64,000 nt of DNA from positions 878-64,877 of the forward strand of contig JADKFY010000041.1 in NCBI GenBank assembly GCA_016717305.1, in the 5' to 3' direction. Positions 52,594-62,423 of the stretch are shown piece after piece. Numbering within the stretch: the stretch's first letter is position 1; each line of letters starts with the position of its first letter. The notes beneath the pieces were generated by a model, which worked only from the letters and a program-made list of their open reading frames with translations, was not told where the DNA came from and made no database searches. Origin of the DNA: Flavobacteriales bacterium (lineage in GTDB: Bacteria > Bacteroidota > Bacteroidia > Flavobacteriales_F > PHOS-HE28). Both the position numbers and the translations under genes were made by a program.

Positions 52594-52879
52594 GCTATTC
52601 GGTGTTAGTTCGTGCTGCCGCTCAAGTCGAAGCCGCAAAAGCGTTCTTGTGGTATGAACAACGAAGCAGAGGTCTTGGTGACCAATTCGCCGATTCGTTG
52701 AGGATATGCTTGGATCAATTGGCGAAGAACCCTAAATTACAGGTCCAAAAGAACGATTTCGCTACGATCTCCTAGAGAAGTTCCCCTATCGTGTTGTCTT
52801 CGTGATCGAGGGCACTACGGTTTATGTTTACCAGATCCGTCACACAAACCGCAAGCCCAGCAAGCGATTCGGACCCTAG
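52590..52879 (+). pseudogene. RelE/ParE-family toxin, interrupted by a frameshift near 52750
   Basis: N-terminal frame MSYSVLVRAAAQVEAAKAFLWYEQRSRGLGDQFADSLRICLDQLAKNPKLQVQKN. The C-terminal part, in the +2 frame, reads RFRYDLLEKFPYRVVFVIEGTTVYVYQIRHTNRKPSKRFGP* (canonical ParE C-terminus). Confidence 0.55.
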
Positions 52880-52984
52880 TTATAGCTTACTTAACTTTCG
52901 GTCCGAACCCAATGCGAATGGAACTGAAGCAGGTGGTGGGTGGTCGGTCAGAATAGTACACCAGTACAGATCACTCCCTGACAG

Positions 52985-53665
52985 ATGCAAGAGATCACCG
53001 ATCAGATCAAAGCTTGGCTGGATGCCGAACCGGATGCACCTTTCAGCAACTTCAGCCATGCCGCGCATGCCTTGTTGACCGATGGCGCCAAGGTGAGATC
53101 ACTGAATGATCTTGTGCGGAGCCAAAACACGGAGTGGCTGCTTGGCATTGTTGGCTGGCCCGAAGATGAATGGGTGATCGGTGAAGATGGAAGAGGAGCA
53201 TACTATTTGGTTTCCGCTTCAAAGAAATACGACGGGGTCGCTTACTACGATCATGAGACCAAGACCATCGAACCCTTCCAGCCCAGTCTGCGGGCGTTCT
53301 ACGAGTATTGCATACACGTCGATGGATCCAGCAAAAGGGTACATGCCCAGTTCCGAGAAAGTCTGTTGACCTACGTAGCGGAACAGCTGCACTTCAAACC
53401 GACGTTGAAGACCAAATTCTTCCGGGATATGAAGGTCGCCCAAGCGGATGCTGAACAATTCATGCGCGACTTTGCAAAGGAATTCGAGGTGGACCTTTCC
53501 GCTTTCGACGGCAAGCTCTATGGCATTGGTGAAGGTGCCCAGCCGAGCGGATTGCGAGGGTTTATCGATAAACTCACCGGCAATCACCCGAACCAGGGCT
53601 ATTTCACGATCGACCATCTAGTGGACGTGCTCCATACAAAGAATTGGTTCGATCCGGTGCGGTGA
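52985..53665 (+). CDS. Hypothetical two-domain protein
   Basis: 226 aa with no signal peptide. Weak resemblance of the C-terminal region (FMRDFAKEFEVDLSAFD…YFTIDHLVDVL) to small DUF families. Function unknown. Confidence 0.4.
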   Translation: MQEITDQIKAWLDAEPDAPFSNFSHAAHALLTDGAKVRSLNDLVRSQNTEWLLGIVGWPEDEWVIGEDGRGAYYLVSASKKYDGVAYYDHETKTIEPFQPSLRAFYEYCIHVDGSSKRVHAQFRESLLTYVAEQLHFKPTLKTKFFRDMKVAQADAEQFMRDFAKEFEVDLSAFDGKLYGIGEGAQPSGLRGFIDKLTGNHPNQGYFTIDHLVDVLHTKNWFDPVR

Positions 53666-53684
53666 TCGACTTGGATTTTCCAGA

Positions 53685-54551
53685 TCACACCACCACCCAT
53701 AGCCGCTCCTTTTCCAAGCGGAAGCGAACGACATTTCCCACTTCAACCGGTTCGCCATCCAAATGGGCCAGCGTTCCTGATTGTTGAATGGTGGCTTCCG
53801 TGGCGACCAAGTTCCGGATGTACTCGCTTTTGTCGGCCTTGTGCGTGTAGATCTGGATGAATGCCTTGATCAACGGGAAAAAGGACGGCTTACGGACCAC
53901 ACGTATTTCCGCCAGCCCATCATCCGGTCTGGAGCCCGGACTGATCACAGCACCATTGCCGAATTCGCGTGTGTTACAGAAGACCACCATCAGCACATCG
54001 TCGTCGATCCGTTCGCTATGTACTTCACCTGTAACGTGCATGGGTGGCGTTCCAAGGATCTCTTGGAAAATGATCTTTGCGTAGCCAAGCATGCCTCGGC
54101 TTTTGCTCTTGTCGAAACGATACGCTACCCGTGCATCGAACCCGATACCGGCGGTTCCCAAGAACGGCATGTCGTTCAAAAAGCAGATGTCCATCCTCTT
54201 CTTTTCACCGGTGAAGGCACGGTGCAATGCCGCTTCCGCATCCAAAGGCAAACAAAGAGATCGGGCGTATCCGTTCCCACTGCCCATGGCAACAATACCC
54301 AATGCCACATCACTACCCAAGAGGCCACTTGCAATTGAATTCAATGTGCCATCGCCACCAGCTACGATCACCAAGGAAATGCCGTTCCGAACGGCTTCCA
54401 TTGCGAGTTCCTTGCCATGGCCGTGACCCTCGATCGACCGCGTTTCCAGATCGTAGCCATGAGTTGGTGCAATGCGTTGCGCGATCTGCACAACGGACGG
54501 GGCGCGGCCTTTTCCCGATCGTGGATTGATCACCAACAAGGCGCGCTTCAT
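53685..54551 (-). CDS. Diacylglycerol/lipid kinase, YegS/DgkB-like catalytic domain
   Basis: LLVINPRSGKG … VIVAGGDGTLNS … GSGNGYARSL motifs of DAGK_cat. Confidence 0.75.
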   Translation of the reverse strand: MKRALLVINPRSGKGRAPSVVQIAQRIAPTHGYDLETRSIEGHGHGKELAMEAVRNGISLVIVAGGDGTLNSIASGLLGSDVALGIVAMGSGNGYARSLCLPLDAEAALHRAFTGEKKRMDICFLNDMPFLGTAGIGFDARVAYRFDKSKSRGMLGYAKIIFQEILGTPPMHVTGEVHSERIDDDVLMVVFCNTREFGNGAVISPGSRPDDGLAEIRVVRKPSFFPLIKAFIQIYTHKADKSEYIRNLVATEATIQQSGTLAHLDGEPVEVGNVVRFRLEKERLWVVV

Positions 54552-56419
54552 TACTTCGCCACAAGTTCGCCACGGACCAAGTGGCCATTGAATTGCTGGA
54601 TCGCGGCTTGGAAGCTGCGGAACATATCGTCCGTGCCAAGGTCGGATGTTCCGATCTGCGCAGCGGCGAACGTGCTGTCCAACGGCAAAGCTTGGAACTT
54701 ATTCGTGCCATCGTATTGCATGTGCCATTGCGTACTGATGGCTTGGTAGATCCCATTGCTGGACATGATCGCAAGGTCCGCGGCCTCTTTCCGCAGAGCG
54801 CTATGCCCAAAACTGAAGAACTCCTTGTCGTATCCCAGCAAGTCCAGTATTGTGGGCAAAATATCGATCTGTTGTGTTACACGGACTTGATCCAGGGGTT
54901 CGATCGCGCCTGGTGCGAAGTAGAAGAGCGGCACCCAATAGTCCGTGGCCCTGTTGTAGGCTTGGCCGGTCCGGTCGATGTCAGCCGTATGGTCCGCCGT
55001 GATAACGAAAAGTGTGTTCGTATACCAGGACATGCCGCGCGCAGTTTCGAAGAATTGCCGAAGGGCATCGTCGGTGTATCGCAACGTCGGGTGAATGTCC
55101 TGCGTGCCGCCCGCGAACTTTTCCTTCTCCTCCGGTGGTAATTCGTAGGGATGATGCGAACTCAAGGTGAACACCGTACTGAAGAAGGGAGCTGGTTCTT
55201 TGGCCAGTTCATTCGCCCAGTAGTGCAGGTAGGGCCTGTCCCGCACCCCCCAATGGCCGTCCTGGTCCGCGGCCGGTCCCGTGTATTCATTCAGCCCAAC
55301 ATAGCGTTGGAACCCTGCGGAACGCGTGAATCCATCGAAACCCATGGTGCCGTTCCTTCCGCCGTGGTAAAAGCTCGTGCTGTATCCTTCACCTGCAAGG
55401 ACATTGGCCAAGGAAGTAAATGGCAAGCTGGCGTAAGGTGATGTGATGAAGGCCTCGTCCATGAGCTCCGGAATACTGGCAAGGATCGCGGGGATCCCAT
55501 CGATGCTGCGCCGACCGTTCGCGTAGGCCCTGGTCATGTTCAAGCTGGCACCCATCAACGAATCGAGAAAGGGCATGTAGCCGACATCTCCGGAGAGCTT
55601 GGCGCTATAGGCTGCTGAAAAGCTTTCCAAGATCACGAGTACCACGTTGGTTCGCGGCTTCAGGTTGAAGGTGTCCGCGTATTGGTGATGGACGGGCCAG
55701 AGTGCATCGGCCTCGGCTTCGGTCATGTAGTGCTTTTCGCTCAAGGTCGGTTTGCCAACACTGGTCATGATAGTGTAAGGCGTGTTCAGCGTTACCGGAA
55801 GGTTCTCCGCTCCACCATAACGAGCTGCATCCAACACTTGCAAAGGGATCAACTGCACGCCACCACGCGATGCGATCAACAGTCCTGCAATTGCTATAAA
55901 CCGCCAACCGATCCGCCAAGGCCACTTCTGCAAAGGATCTCCTGAAACGCGTTCCGCCAAGCGATATGCTTTCGCCAGAACGAAAAGTGCGATGAGGTAA
56001 AGAACCAATATGTACCAGTAGTCACGAATGAAAACAGGAGCAAGGTTTGCGGTGTCGTTCCCGGTGGTCATGATCCGGAAGAGGTCCGCAGTGCTTCGTT
56101 TCAGCGTGAATGTGTAGTACTCCATATCCACGAACTGGAAAAAGAGCGCGATCGCATTCACGACAAGAAAGACCCCTAGTTGGATGCGGCGGAAGACGCT
56201 ATTCGTAGGGCTCGGATGGATCAGGACCAGGAGGATCCAGGGCAAATTCGTCCATGCGATCGCGAAGGCATCGAAGCGCATTCCGCCAAGGAACGAGGAG
56301 GGGGGAACAGCAGGGAAAAGATCAGCGTTGAACCACGTGAACAGCACACGCGTGAGCGTGTAGATCACGCCAACAGCGCCCAAGCGAAGCAATAGAACGG
56401 TGAGCGGCCCGCGGATCAT
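54551..56419 (-). CDS. LTA-synthase / sulfatase-family phosphotransferase (LtaS/MdoB-like, alkaline phosphatase superfamily)
   Basis: N-terminal 5-TM domain plus extracytoplasmic sulfatase-like catalytic domain (…YTNTLFVITADHT…). ORF maximal start 56482; M22 at 56419 preferred. Its stop overlaps the kinase start by 1 bp. Confidence 0.75.
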   Translation of the reverse strand: MIRGPLTVLLLRLGAVGVIYTLTRVLFTWFNADLFPAVPPSSFLGGMRFDAFAIAWTNLPWILLVLIHPSPTNSVFRRIQLGVFLVVNAIALFFQFVDMEYYTFTLKRSTADLFRIMTTGNDTANLAPVFIRDYWYILVLYLIALFVLAKAYRLAERVSGDPLQKWPWRIGWRFIAIAGLLIASRGGVQLIPLQVLDAARYGGAENLPVTLNTPYTIMTSVGKPTLSEKHYMTEAEADALWPVHHQYADTFNLKPRTNVVLVILESFSAAYSAKLSGDVGYMPFLDSLMGASLNMTRAYANGRRSIDGIPAILASIPELMDEAFITSPYASLPFTSLANVLAGEGYSTSFYHGGRNGTMGFDGFTRSAGFQRYVGLNEYTGPAADQDGHWGVRDRPYLHYWANELAKEPAPFFSTVFTLSSHHPYELPPEEKEKFAGGTQDIHPTLRYTDDALRQFFETARGMSWYTNTLFVITADHTADIDRTGQAYNRATDYWVPLFYFAPGAIEPLDQVRVTQQIDILPTILDLLGYDKEFFSFGHSALRKEAADLAIMSSNGIYQAISTQWHMQYDGTNKFQALPLDSTFAAAQIGTSDLGTDDMFRSFQAAIQQFNGHLVRGELVAK

Positions 56420-56447
56420 GGGCGCGAAGATGGGGATCCCGTCACAT

Positions 56448-57935
56448 TCATTCGTCGCGGGCCAGGATCGTACGGCCAGCAACTGATCGAACCGGGACCC
56501 AACCGGTGTAGGTGCTGTCCAAGAATGTTATCGGATATTCCGGATGATCGGTGACCACGAATCGAACGGTCCCATCGCGCATGGCCTTGTGAAATGCGGC
56601 ATAGTCGTACAACCTGTCGGTGCTGAATTTGACGATGTCGTGCTGTTTCATCACGCTCTGTTGCACTAGAAAATGGTCCAAGTAGTCGCGGTAGGTAACG
56701 AAGATGTGCTCGTTCGGTTCCAGGTCCAATTCGTTCAACAGCACATCGCGCACGGCTATGTCAGCTTGGTATTCGGCCACGCGAGCAGAATCGGGATCGT
56801 CGAAATGTGCCCAGTTTTCCGTGCTCTTGGTGCGGAATGCCATGAAGATCAACCCGTAGCATGCAAAAGCCCAACCCGTAAAGTTCTTCCAGCGGAACGG
56901 CTTACCGGTACCCAGAAGGATCGCAGTGCCCACGAACGTGAGCGTTAACCCTTCATGCAAATAGTTCAGCCGGCTACCGGATTTCAGACCTGTGAGTAGA
57001 CCAAATGCGACCGCCAACGGAACGGCCAATGCGAAGAAATGGAGCACGGGTCCATTCCCCCGAAAGCCTTGCACCAAAAGAACGAGTGCGAGTATGTGCC
57101 AGCCAATGAAGTATTTGTAGGTGGCCGGTTCGAAGAGTTCACCCCACATCATGGTGCTGTACCCATTGGCCAAACCTTGCACCGTGTTTTGCCAAAGTGC
57201 CCATGGCGTGGTGCCCAAGAGGATGAGCACAAAACCAATGAGAAGGAAGAACAGGGTAGCCGCAGAATAGAGACCGAATGCCTTCCAGTTCCCCGTTAGA
57301 ACTAGGTACAGCGCGGGCACTCCGATCATCAGCGCCCCGGACTGTTTTGCGAAGAAGCCGAACACTGCGAAGCTTGCACAGAGAGTCAAGATCCTCCAAT
57401 TCGGAGCGCGAAGCCAACGGGTGAAGAACAGAACTGCCGTGAGCGATGCGAAGGATTGAAGCGCATCGGGACGCGCGTAGAAGTGCTCCGTGTAACTGCA
57501 AAATACCAGTCCAGTGGCCAACGCGGCGGACCAGGTCTCTGCTCCATTCTCCTTGCAGATCCGATAGACCACCCAGCAGGTCAACAAGGTCAACGACAAT
57601 GCAATTATCCGGCTGAGCAGGAATACTGATCGAGCGTCTTCCCCGGAGATGCCGACGACTTTACCAACTGTTGCGCACGCTATGAAATACGCCGGCGTGT
57701 ATTGGATCACATCAAAGGGAACCTGTTCCGGGTCTTGGTAAAGGGGTATGTCCAGGAGTAGTTTCTGGATGGCATGCACGGAGTTGTGCTCTACCCCGCC
57801 CAGTTCGGTGCGGTACTGCGGAACCATGTATAACCGCAAGGCCAAATGCACCAACGCGATCAGGAGCACAGCGAGCGTTACCCACGATCGTGCGGGTAAG
57901 CCAATGACCTTGGTGGTCCCAAGCGCGGGCAGCAT
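56448..57935 (-). CDS. Polytopic membrane protein, ArnT/PMT-like glycosyl/phospho-transferase fold (putative)
   Basis: 495 aa with more than 10 TM helices. N-terminal loop with conserved acidic/aromatic residues resembling GT-C enzymes. First gene of the minus-strand operon with the LtaS-like and kinase genes. Confidence 0.45.
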   Translation of the reverse strand: MLPALGTTKVIGLPARSWVTLAVLLIALVHLALRLYMVPQYRTELGGVEHNSVHAIQKLLLDIPLYQDPEQVPFDVIQYTPAYFIACATVGKVVGISGEDARSVFLLSRIIALSLTLLTCWVVYRICKENGAETWSAALATGLVFCSYTEHFYARPDALQSFASLTAVLFFTRWLRAPNWRILTLCASFAVFGFFAKQSGALMIGVPALYLVLTGNWKAFGLYSAATLFFLLIGFVLILLGTTPWALWQNTVQGLANGYSTMMWGELFEPATYKYFIGWHILALVLLVQGFRGNGPVLHFFALAVPLAVAFGLLTGLKSGSRLNYLHEGLTLTFVGTAILLGTGKPFRWKNFTGWAFACYGLIFMAFRTKSTENWAHFDDPDSARVAEYQADIAVRDVLLNELDLEPNEHIFVTYRDYLDHFLVQQSVMKQHDIVKFSTDRLYDYAAFHKAMRDGTVRFVVTDHPEYPITFLDSTYTGWVPVRSVAGRTILARDE

Positions 57936-58114
57936 GGCGGTGAAGGTAGGCGTGGTGCATATGTACGCCTGAGAGTCGGAGTTCTGCTTCCCGCACTTTT
58001 ACCCACTTTCGATGGTGTGCATTCCACACCTGATCGGGTGTCCCGGAACCATACCGCCACAATACCTTTGACCCACCTGTTCGGCCTCCCGGATAGCTAT
58101 TTCATTACTTCCAC

Positions 58115-60205
58115 ATGCCCACGCTGACCACCGAAGACCGTCAACTCCATTTCGAACGCGGTACCCATTCCAATGATTTCCTGATCGGTGCCTACGTACG
58201 GTTGGTGCGGCCACGGATCATCGAGGAAAAGATGTTGAGCCTATTGCGTCAAGGTAAGATCAGCAAATGGTTCAGCGGGATCGGTCAGGAAGCGATCAGT
58301 GTAGGTGCCGCCATGGCCCTGCATCCGGATGAGTACATCCTGCCCATGCACCGCAACTTGGGTGTTTTCACCACGCGCGATATGCCTTTCCGGAAACTAT
58401 TCGCCCAATGGCAAGGCAAGGCGACGGGTTACAGCAAAGGACGTGAACGCAGTTTCCATTTCGGGAGCCAAGAGCACAAGATCGTGGGCATGATCAGCCA
58501 TTTGGGTCCCCAGTTGGGTATCGCGGATGGCATTGCCTTGGCCCATAAACTGAAGAAGGAGAACCGCTGCACGATCGTCTTTACCGGCGATGGTGCCACC
58601 AGTGAAGGGGATTTCCATGAAAGCCTTAACGTGGCGGCGGTGTGGGAACTGCCCGTCCTCTTTATCATTGAGAACAACGGCTACGGATTGAGCACGCCTA
58701 GTCGCGAACAGTTCCGCATGGAACATTTCACCGACAAGGCCATTGGTTACGGCATGGAGACGGTGCAGATCGCAGGCAACAACATCTTGGAGGTGTACAA
58801 CAACATTGCGCGCTTGGCCGATAGTGTTCGCGAGAACCCGCGCCCGATCCTAGTGGAATGCATCACCTTCCGCATGCGTGGCCATGAAGAAGCCAGTGGC
58901 ACCAAGTATGTGCCCAAGGAACTGTTCGAAGTGTGGGGCAAGAAGGACCCCGTAGCCAATTACGAAGCCTGGCTGATCAAGCAGGGGATCCTTTCCATTG
59001 AAGAACGCGATGCTATTCGTCATGGGATCAAGGACGGGATCGAAGAGGACATCAAGCACGCCTTCGAAGAACCCGAACCGGAACCGGTGCAGGAGATCGA
59101 AATGGGGGATGTATATGCAGTAGCGCCGAATTCCACCTTTGGCACCGGTAGCGTCGACCCACTGGGTCGACCTACGGAGAACAGTGGCGCACAACCCGAA
59201 AAGCGATTCATCGATGCCATCCAAGAAGCCATGTTCCAAAGCATGGAACGCTACCCGCAATTGGTGTTGATGGGGCAGGACATTGCCGAGTATGGCGGTG
59301 CGTTCAAGATCACCGAAGGATTCGTGGAACGCTTCGGAAAGGACCGCGTTCGCAATACGCCACTGTGCGAAAGTGCGATCGTGGGCGCAGCATATGGACT
59401 TAGTGTGAAGGGCATGAAGGCCATGATGGAAATGCAGTTCGCCGATTTCGTGAGCGAAGGCATGACGCAGATCTGCAATGTGCTTGCGAAGAGCCACTAC
59501 CGCTGGGGCCAGAACGCCGATGTGGTGATCCGGATGCCTACAGGTGCTGGAGTAGGAGCAGGACCCTTCCACAGCCAGAGCAACGAAATGTGGTTCGTGA
59601 AAACCGCAGGATTGAAAGTGGTGTACCCGAGCAACCCGTTTGATGCGAAGGGCTTGCTCATGACCGCTTTCGAAGACCCCAATCCAGTGATGTTCTTCGA
59701 GCACAAAGCGATGTACCGAAGTGTGACCGGTCCTGTGCCAACGGAGCCGTACAGCATTCCTTTCGGCAAGGCACGTGTGGTGCGCGAAGCAGAAGCGACC
59801 CGTCACGACAGCCCTGTTTCCCTAAGCGTGATCACCTACGGCATGGGTGTACATTGGGCCACGGAATTGGCAGCTTCACTGGCGGATCGTTCGGTGGAAG
59901 ACGGAGGACCGATCGATATGGAGATCATCGACCTGCGCACCTTGGTACCGTTGGATCTGGATACGATCATTGCGAGCGTGAAAAAGACCGGCAAGGCATT
60001 GGTGTTACACGAGGACACCTTGACCGGCGGTTTCGGAGGTGAATTAAGTGCGCTGATCAACGAACATTGCTTCGATCATTTGGATGCACCTATCGTTCGT
60101 GTGGCGAGTTGGGATACGCCTGTGCCATTTGCCATTCCGTTGGAGAAAGGATTTCTGCCGAAGACGCGGTTTTGGGAAGCGGTGGAACGGTTGGCTGGGT
60201 TTTGA
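58115..60205 (+). CDS. TPP-dependent 2-oxoacid (pyruvate/branched-chain) dehydrogenase E1 component, fused alpha and beta subunits
   Basis: 696 aa. Alpha-domain TPP motif GDGATSEGDFHESLNVAAVW…, linker, then beta/transketolase-like domain. Contains the in-frame REP-like insert GSVDPLGRP. Confidence 0.85.
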   Translation: MPTLTTEDRQLHFERGTHSNDFLIGAYVRLVRPRIIEEKMLSLLRQGKISKWFSGIGQEAISVGAAMALHPDEYILPMHRNLGVFTTRDMPFRKLFAQWQGKATGYSKGRERSFHFGSQEHKIVGMISHLGPQLGIADGIALAHKLKKENRCTIVFTGDGATSEGDFHESLNVAAVWELPVLFIIENNGYGLSTPSREQFRMEHFTDKAIGYGMETVQIAGNNILEVYNNIARLADSVRENPRPILVECITFRMRGHEEASGTKYVPKELFEVWGKKDPVANYEAWLIKQGILSIEERDAIRHGIKDGIEEDIKHAFEEPEPEPVQEIEMGDVYAVAPNSTFGTGSVDPLGRPTENSGAQPEKRFIDAIQEAMFQSMERYPQLVLMGQDIAEYGGAFKITEGFVERFGKDRVRNTPLCESAIVGAAYGLSVKGMKAMMEMQFADFVSEGMTQICNVLAKSHYRWGQNADVVIRMPTGAGVGAGPFHSQSNEMWFVKTAGLKVVYPSNPFDAKGLLMTAFEDPNPVMFFEHKAMYRSVTGPVPTEPYSIPFGKARVVREAEATRHDSPVSLSVITYGMGVHWATELAASLADRSVEDGGPIDMEIIDLRTLVPLDLDTIIASVKKTGKALVLHEDTLTGGFGGELSALINEHCFDHLDAPIVRVASWDTPVPFAIPLEKGFLPKTRFWEAVERLAGF
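59148..59174 (+). repeat. REP-like 27-nt palindromic element, copy 3 (in-frame inside the E1 alpha-beta linker)
   Basis: GTAGCGTCGACCCACTGGGTCGACCTA, encoding GSVDPLGRP between the alpha and beta domains of the fused E1. Confidence 0.6.
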
Positions 60206-60378
60206 ACAGCTATGTGACCAATCGAGTCTCCCGTACCTTCGTCGACAGTTTTGCGCCTAAAGCAACGTTCCTCCACCCTCAGCCGTCCACTTATCACCAA
60301 CTTTTGGACACTGCTTGTTCTGTGTGTAGTGTTCCGATCGTCTACTTTGTCACCACTTAACCAGTCAGCTCCATCATC

Positions 60379-62340
60379 ATGAAACGAATTCTACCCATTG
60401 CTGCCCTTGCTCTTGCTCCAATTGCCGCGAGTGCACAGAGCAGTTGTTACACGGCACAGTTGGTCTCGGAAGGGATCTACACCACCGGCGTGGTGAACGG
60501 AACGGCCCCAGCGACACCGTGCATCGGCGCAAATGTTGCTACCAACGGCTTGTGGTACCGTTTCACTTCGGCGGTTGATACCACCATTCTCGTATCCACA
60601 CATGTTGACGGGTACACGGATCGAGACACCCGTGTGCATGTTTACACAGGGATCTGCAACTCCTTGGTATGCTATGCTGGTGATGACGATTCGGGTCCAG
60701 GAAATACATCACAAGTTTCGTTCCCGGTTACGGCCGGTGCTTACTACACCATAGCATTCGACAACCAATGGAACAGTGAGGCCTTTACCTTCCAGATCTC
60801 TGCCTTGTACGTTCCACCTCCTCCCGAAGGGATCGTGAACTTTATCAGCACGGGTCTTCCAGGTGGGAATGCCATGGGCATTGTGGACATGAACGATGAC
60901 GGACTGGATGATGCGGTGTATCCGGGTTCCAGTAGCTTCAACATTTCCTACCAATTGCCGGGCGGTGGATTCAATCAGGTCAACTTTCCTACGACCCCGG
61001 CCCAGAATACGGCATCTTGGAGTTTCGCGATCGGGGATTGGGACAGCAATGGTTTCAGGGACCTGCTCTACGGTGGTGGTCAAGGAGCAACCTTCATGAA
61101 CGCCGATGCCACCGGAGCGAACTACTCGCAGGTGACATTCCCACAGTACATCTTCTGCCAGCGCACGAATTTCGTGGATGTCAACAATGATGGTCTTCTC
61201 GATGCATTCAGTTGCCACGACGTGGATGCCAACGTGGCGTTCATCAATGATGGCAATGGGAACCTCGTTTTCACACAAGGTGGCTACGGCACTACCTGCG
61301 GGAACTATGGCAGCATTTGGACCGATATTGATAACGATGGCTCGATGGATCTTTTCGTTGCGAAGTGCGGGTGCGATCCAACGGACCTGCTCATGCTGAA
61401 CGATGGATCCGGGGTCTTTAACAACGTAGCCCCTTCCTTGGGTTTGAACGATAGCCACCAAAGTTGGAGCAGTGCTTGGGGCGATTTCGACAACGATGGC
61501 GATATGGACGTTTTGATCGGTGCAAGCAGCAGCGGATACCATAAGCTCATGCGGAATGAAGGGGATGGAACATTCACCAACGTCACTCCGAACAGTGGCA
61601 TGGATACGTTCAATGGCCAAAGCATTGAATGGACCGCGCACGATTTCAATAACGACGGCTACGTCGATATCATGGGTGGTGGTGCGATCCATTACAACAA
61701 TGGCAACATGACCTTCAGCCATGACCCTACGGCACCAGGCAACAGTGCGATCGGTGACCTGAACAACGATGGTTTCCTCGATGTGATCGGCGGTGGTGGT
61801 TATATGCGCAACAGTGGCAATAACAACAACTGGATCAAGATCAAACCAGTTGGGGTAACAAGCAACAGGGATGCGATAGGAGCACGGGTGTACGTGACCA
61901 GCGCTTTGGGTACGCAGATCCGGGAAGTGCGCAGCGGAGATGGATTCCGTTACATGAGCTACATCGGAGCGTATTTCGGACTTGGACAAGATGCTGAAGT
62001 GACCGAGGTGCGGGTCGTTTGGCCGAATGGGAACGAAGACATCATCGAAGGTCCAGCGATCAACGGGTCCATCGAAGTAGTGGAAGGTGTATCAACAGGT
62101 GTTGCTGCACTCAACACTTCGGACTTCGGCGTGTATCCCAATCCGGCAGTGGACCAGATCACTGTTACAGGAGCAGCATTGAATGCACAGCTCGAGGTGT
62201 TCGATGCCACTGGAAAACTCGTGTTGGCGGATCGTATGCAAGGTGGTCGTCTTTCTGTGGCCAGTCTGATCCCCGGTGTTTACCAAGTTCGGGTGATCGA
62301 AGCCGGTGAAGTACGTCAGTTGCGCTTTAACAAGCAGTAA
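60379..62340 (+). CDS. CRTAC1-like FG-GAP/ASPIC protein with T9SS type-A C-terminal sorting domain
   Basis: Signal peptide MKRILPIAALALAPIAASAQ. FG-GAP motifs (DMNDDGLDD, VNNDGLLDAF, DIDNDGSMDLFV, DFDNDGDMDVLIG, DFNNDGYVDIMGG, DLNNDGFLDVIGG). UnbV/ASPIC segment NWIKIKPVGVTSNRDAIGARVYV…VRVVWPNGNED. C-terminal Por_Secre_tail (…GVYQVRVIEAGEVRQLRFNKQ). Confidence 0.75.
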   Translation: MKRILPIAALALAPIAASAQSSCYTAQLVSEGIYTTGVVNGTAPATPCIGANVATNGLWYRFTSAVDTTILVSTHVDGYTDRDTRVHVYTGICNSLVCYAGDDDSGPGNTSQVSFPVTAGAYYTIAFDNQWNSEAFTFQISALYVPPPPEGIVNFISTGLPGGNAMGIVDMNDDGLDDAVYPGSSSFNISYQLPGGGFNQVNFPTTPAQNTASWSFAIGDWDSNGFRDLLYGGGQGATFMNADATGANYSQVTFPQYIFCQRTNFVDVNNDGLLDAFSCHDVDANVAFINDGNGNLVFTQGGYGTTCGNYGSIWTDIDNDGSMDLFVAKCGCDPTDLLMLNDGSGVFNNVAPSLGLNDSHQSWSSAWGDFDNDGDMDVLIGASSSGYHKLMRNEGDGTFTNVTPNSGMDTFNGQSIEWTAHDFNNDGYVDIMGGGAIHYNNGNMTFSHDPTAPGNSAIGDLNNDGFLDVIGGGGYMRNSGNNNNWIKIKPVGVTSNRDAIGARVYVTSALGTQIREVRSGDGFRYMSYIGAYFGLGQDAEVTEVRVVWPNGNEDIIEGPAINGSIEVVEGVSTGVAALNTSDFGVYPNPAVDQITVTGAALNAQLEVFDATGKLVLADRMQGGRLSVASLIPGVYQVRVIEAGEVRQLRFNKQ

Positions 62341-62356
62341 CGGTCAGTGAATGATC

Positions 62357-62397
62357 TCCTGAAGGGGCTGCCTCAACCGAGGTGGCCCCTTTTCGTT
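62357..62397. terminator. Possible bidirectional intrinsic terminator between convergent genes
   Basis: GAAGGGGCTGCCTC-aaccg-AGGTGGCCCCTT imperfect stem followed by TTTCGTTTG. Confidence 0.35.
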
Positions 62398-62423
62398 TGT
62401 CGCGGCGGAGAATGATCTTCTCC

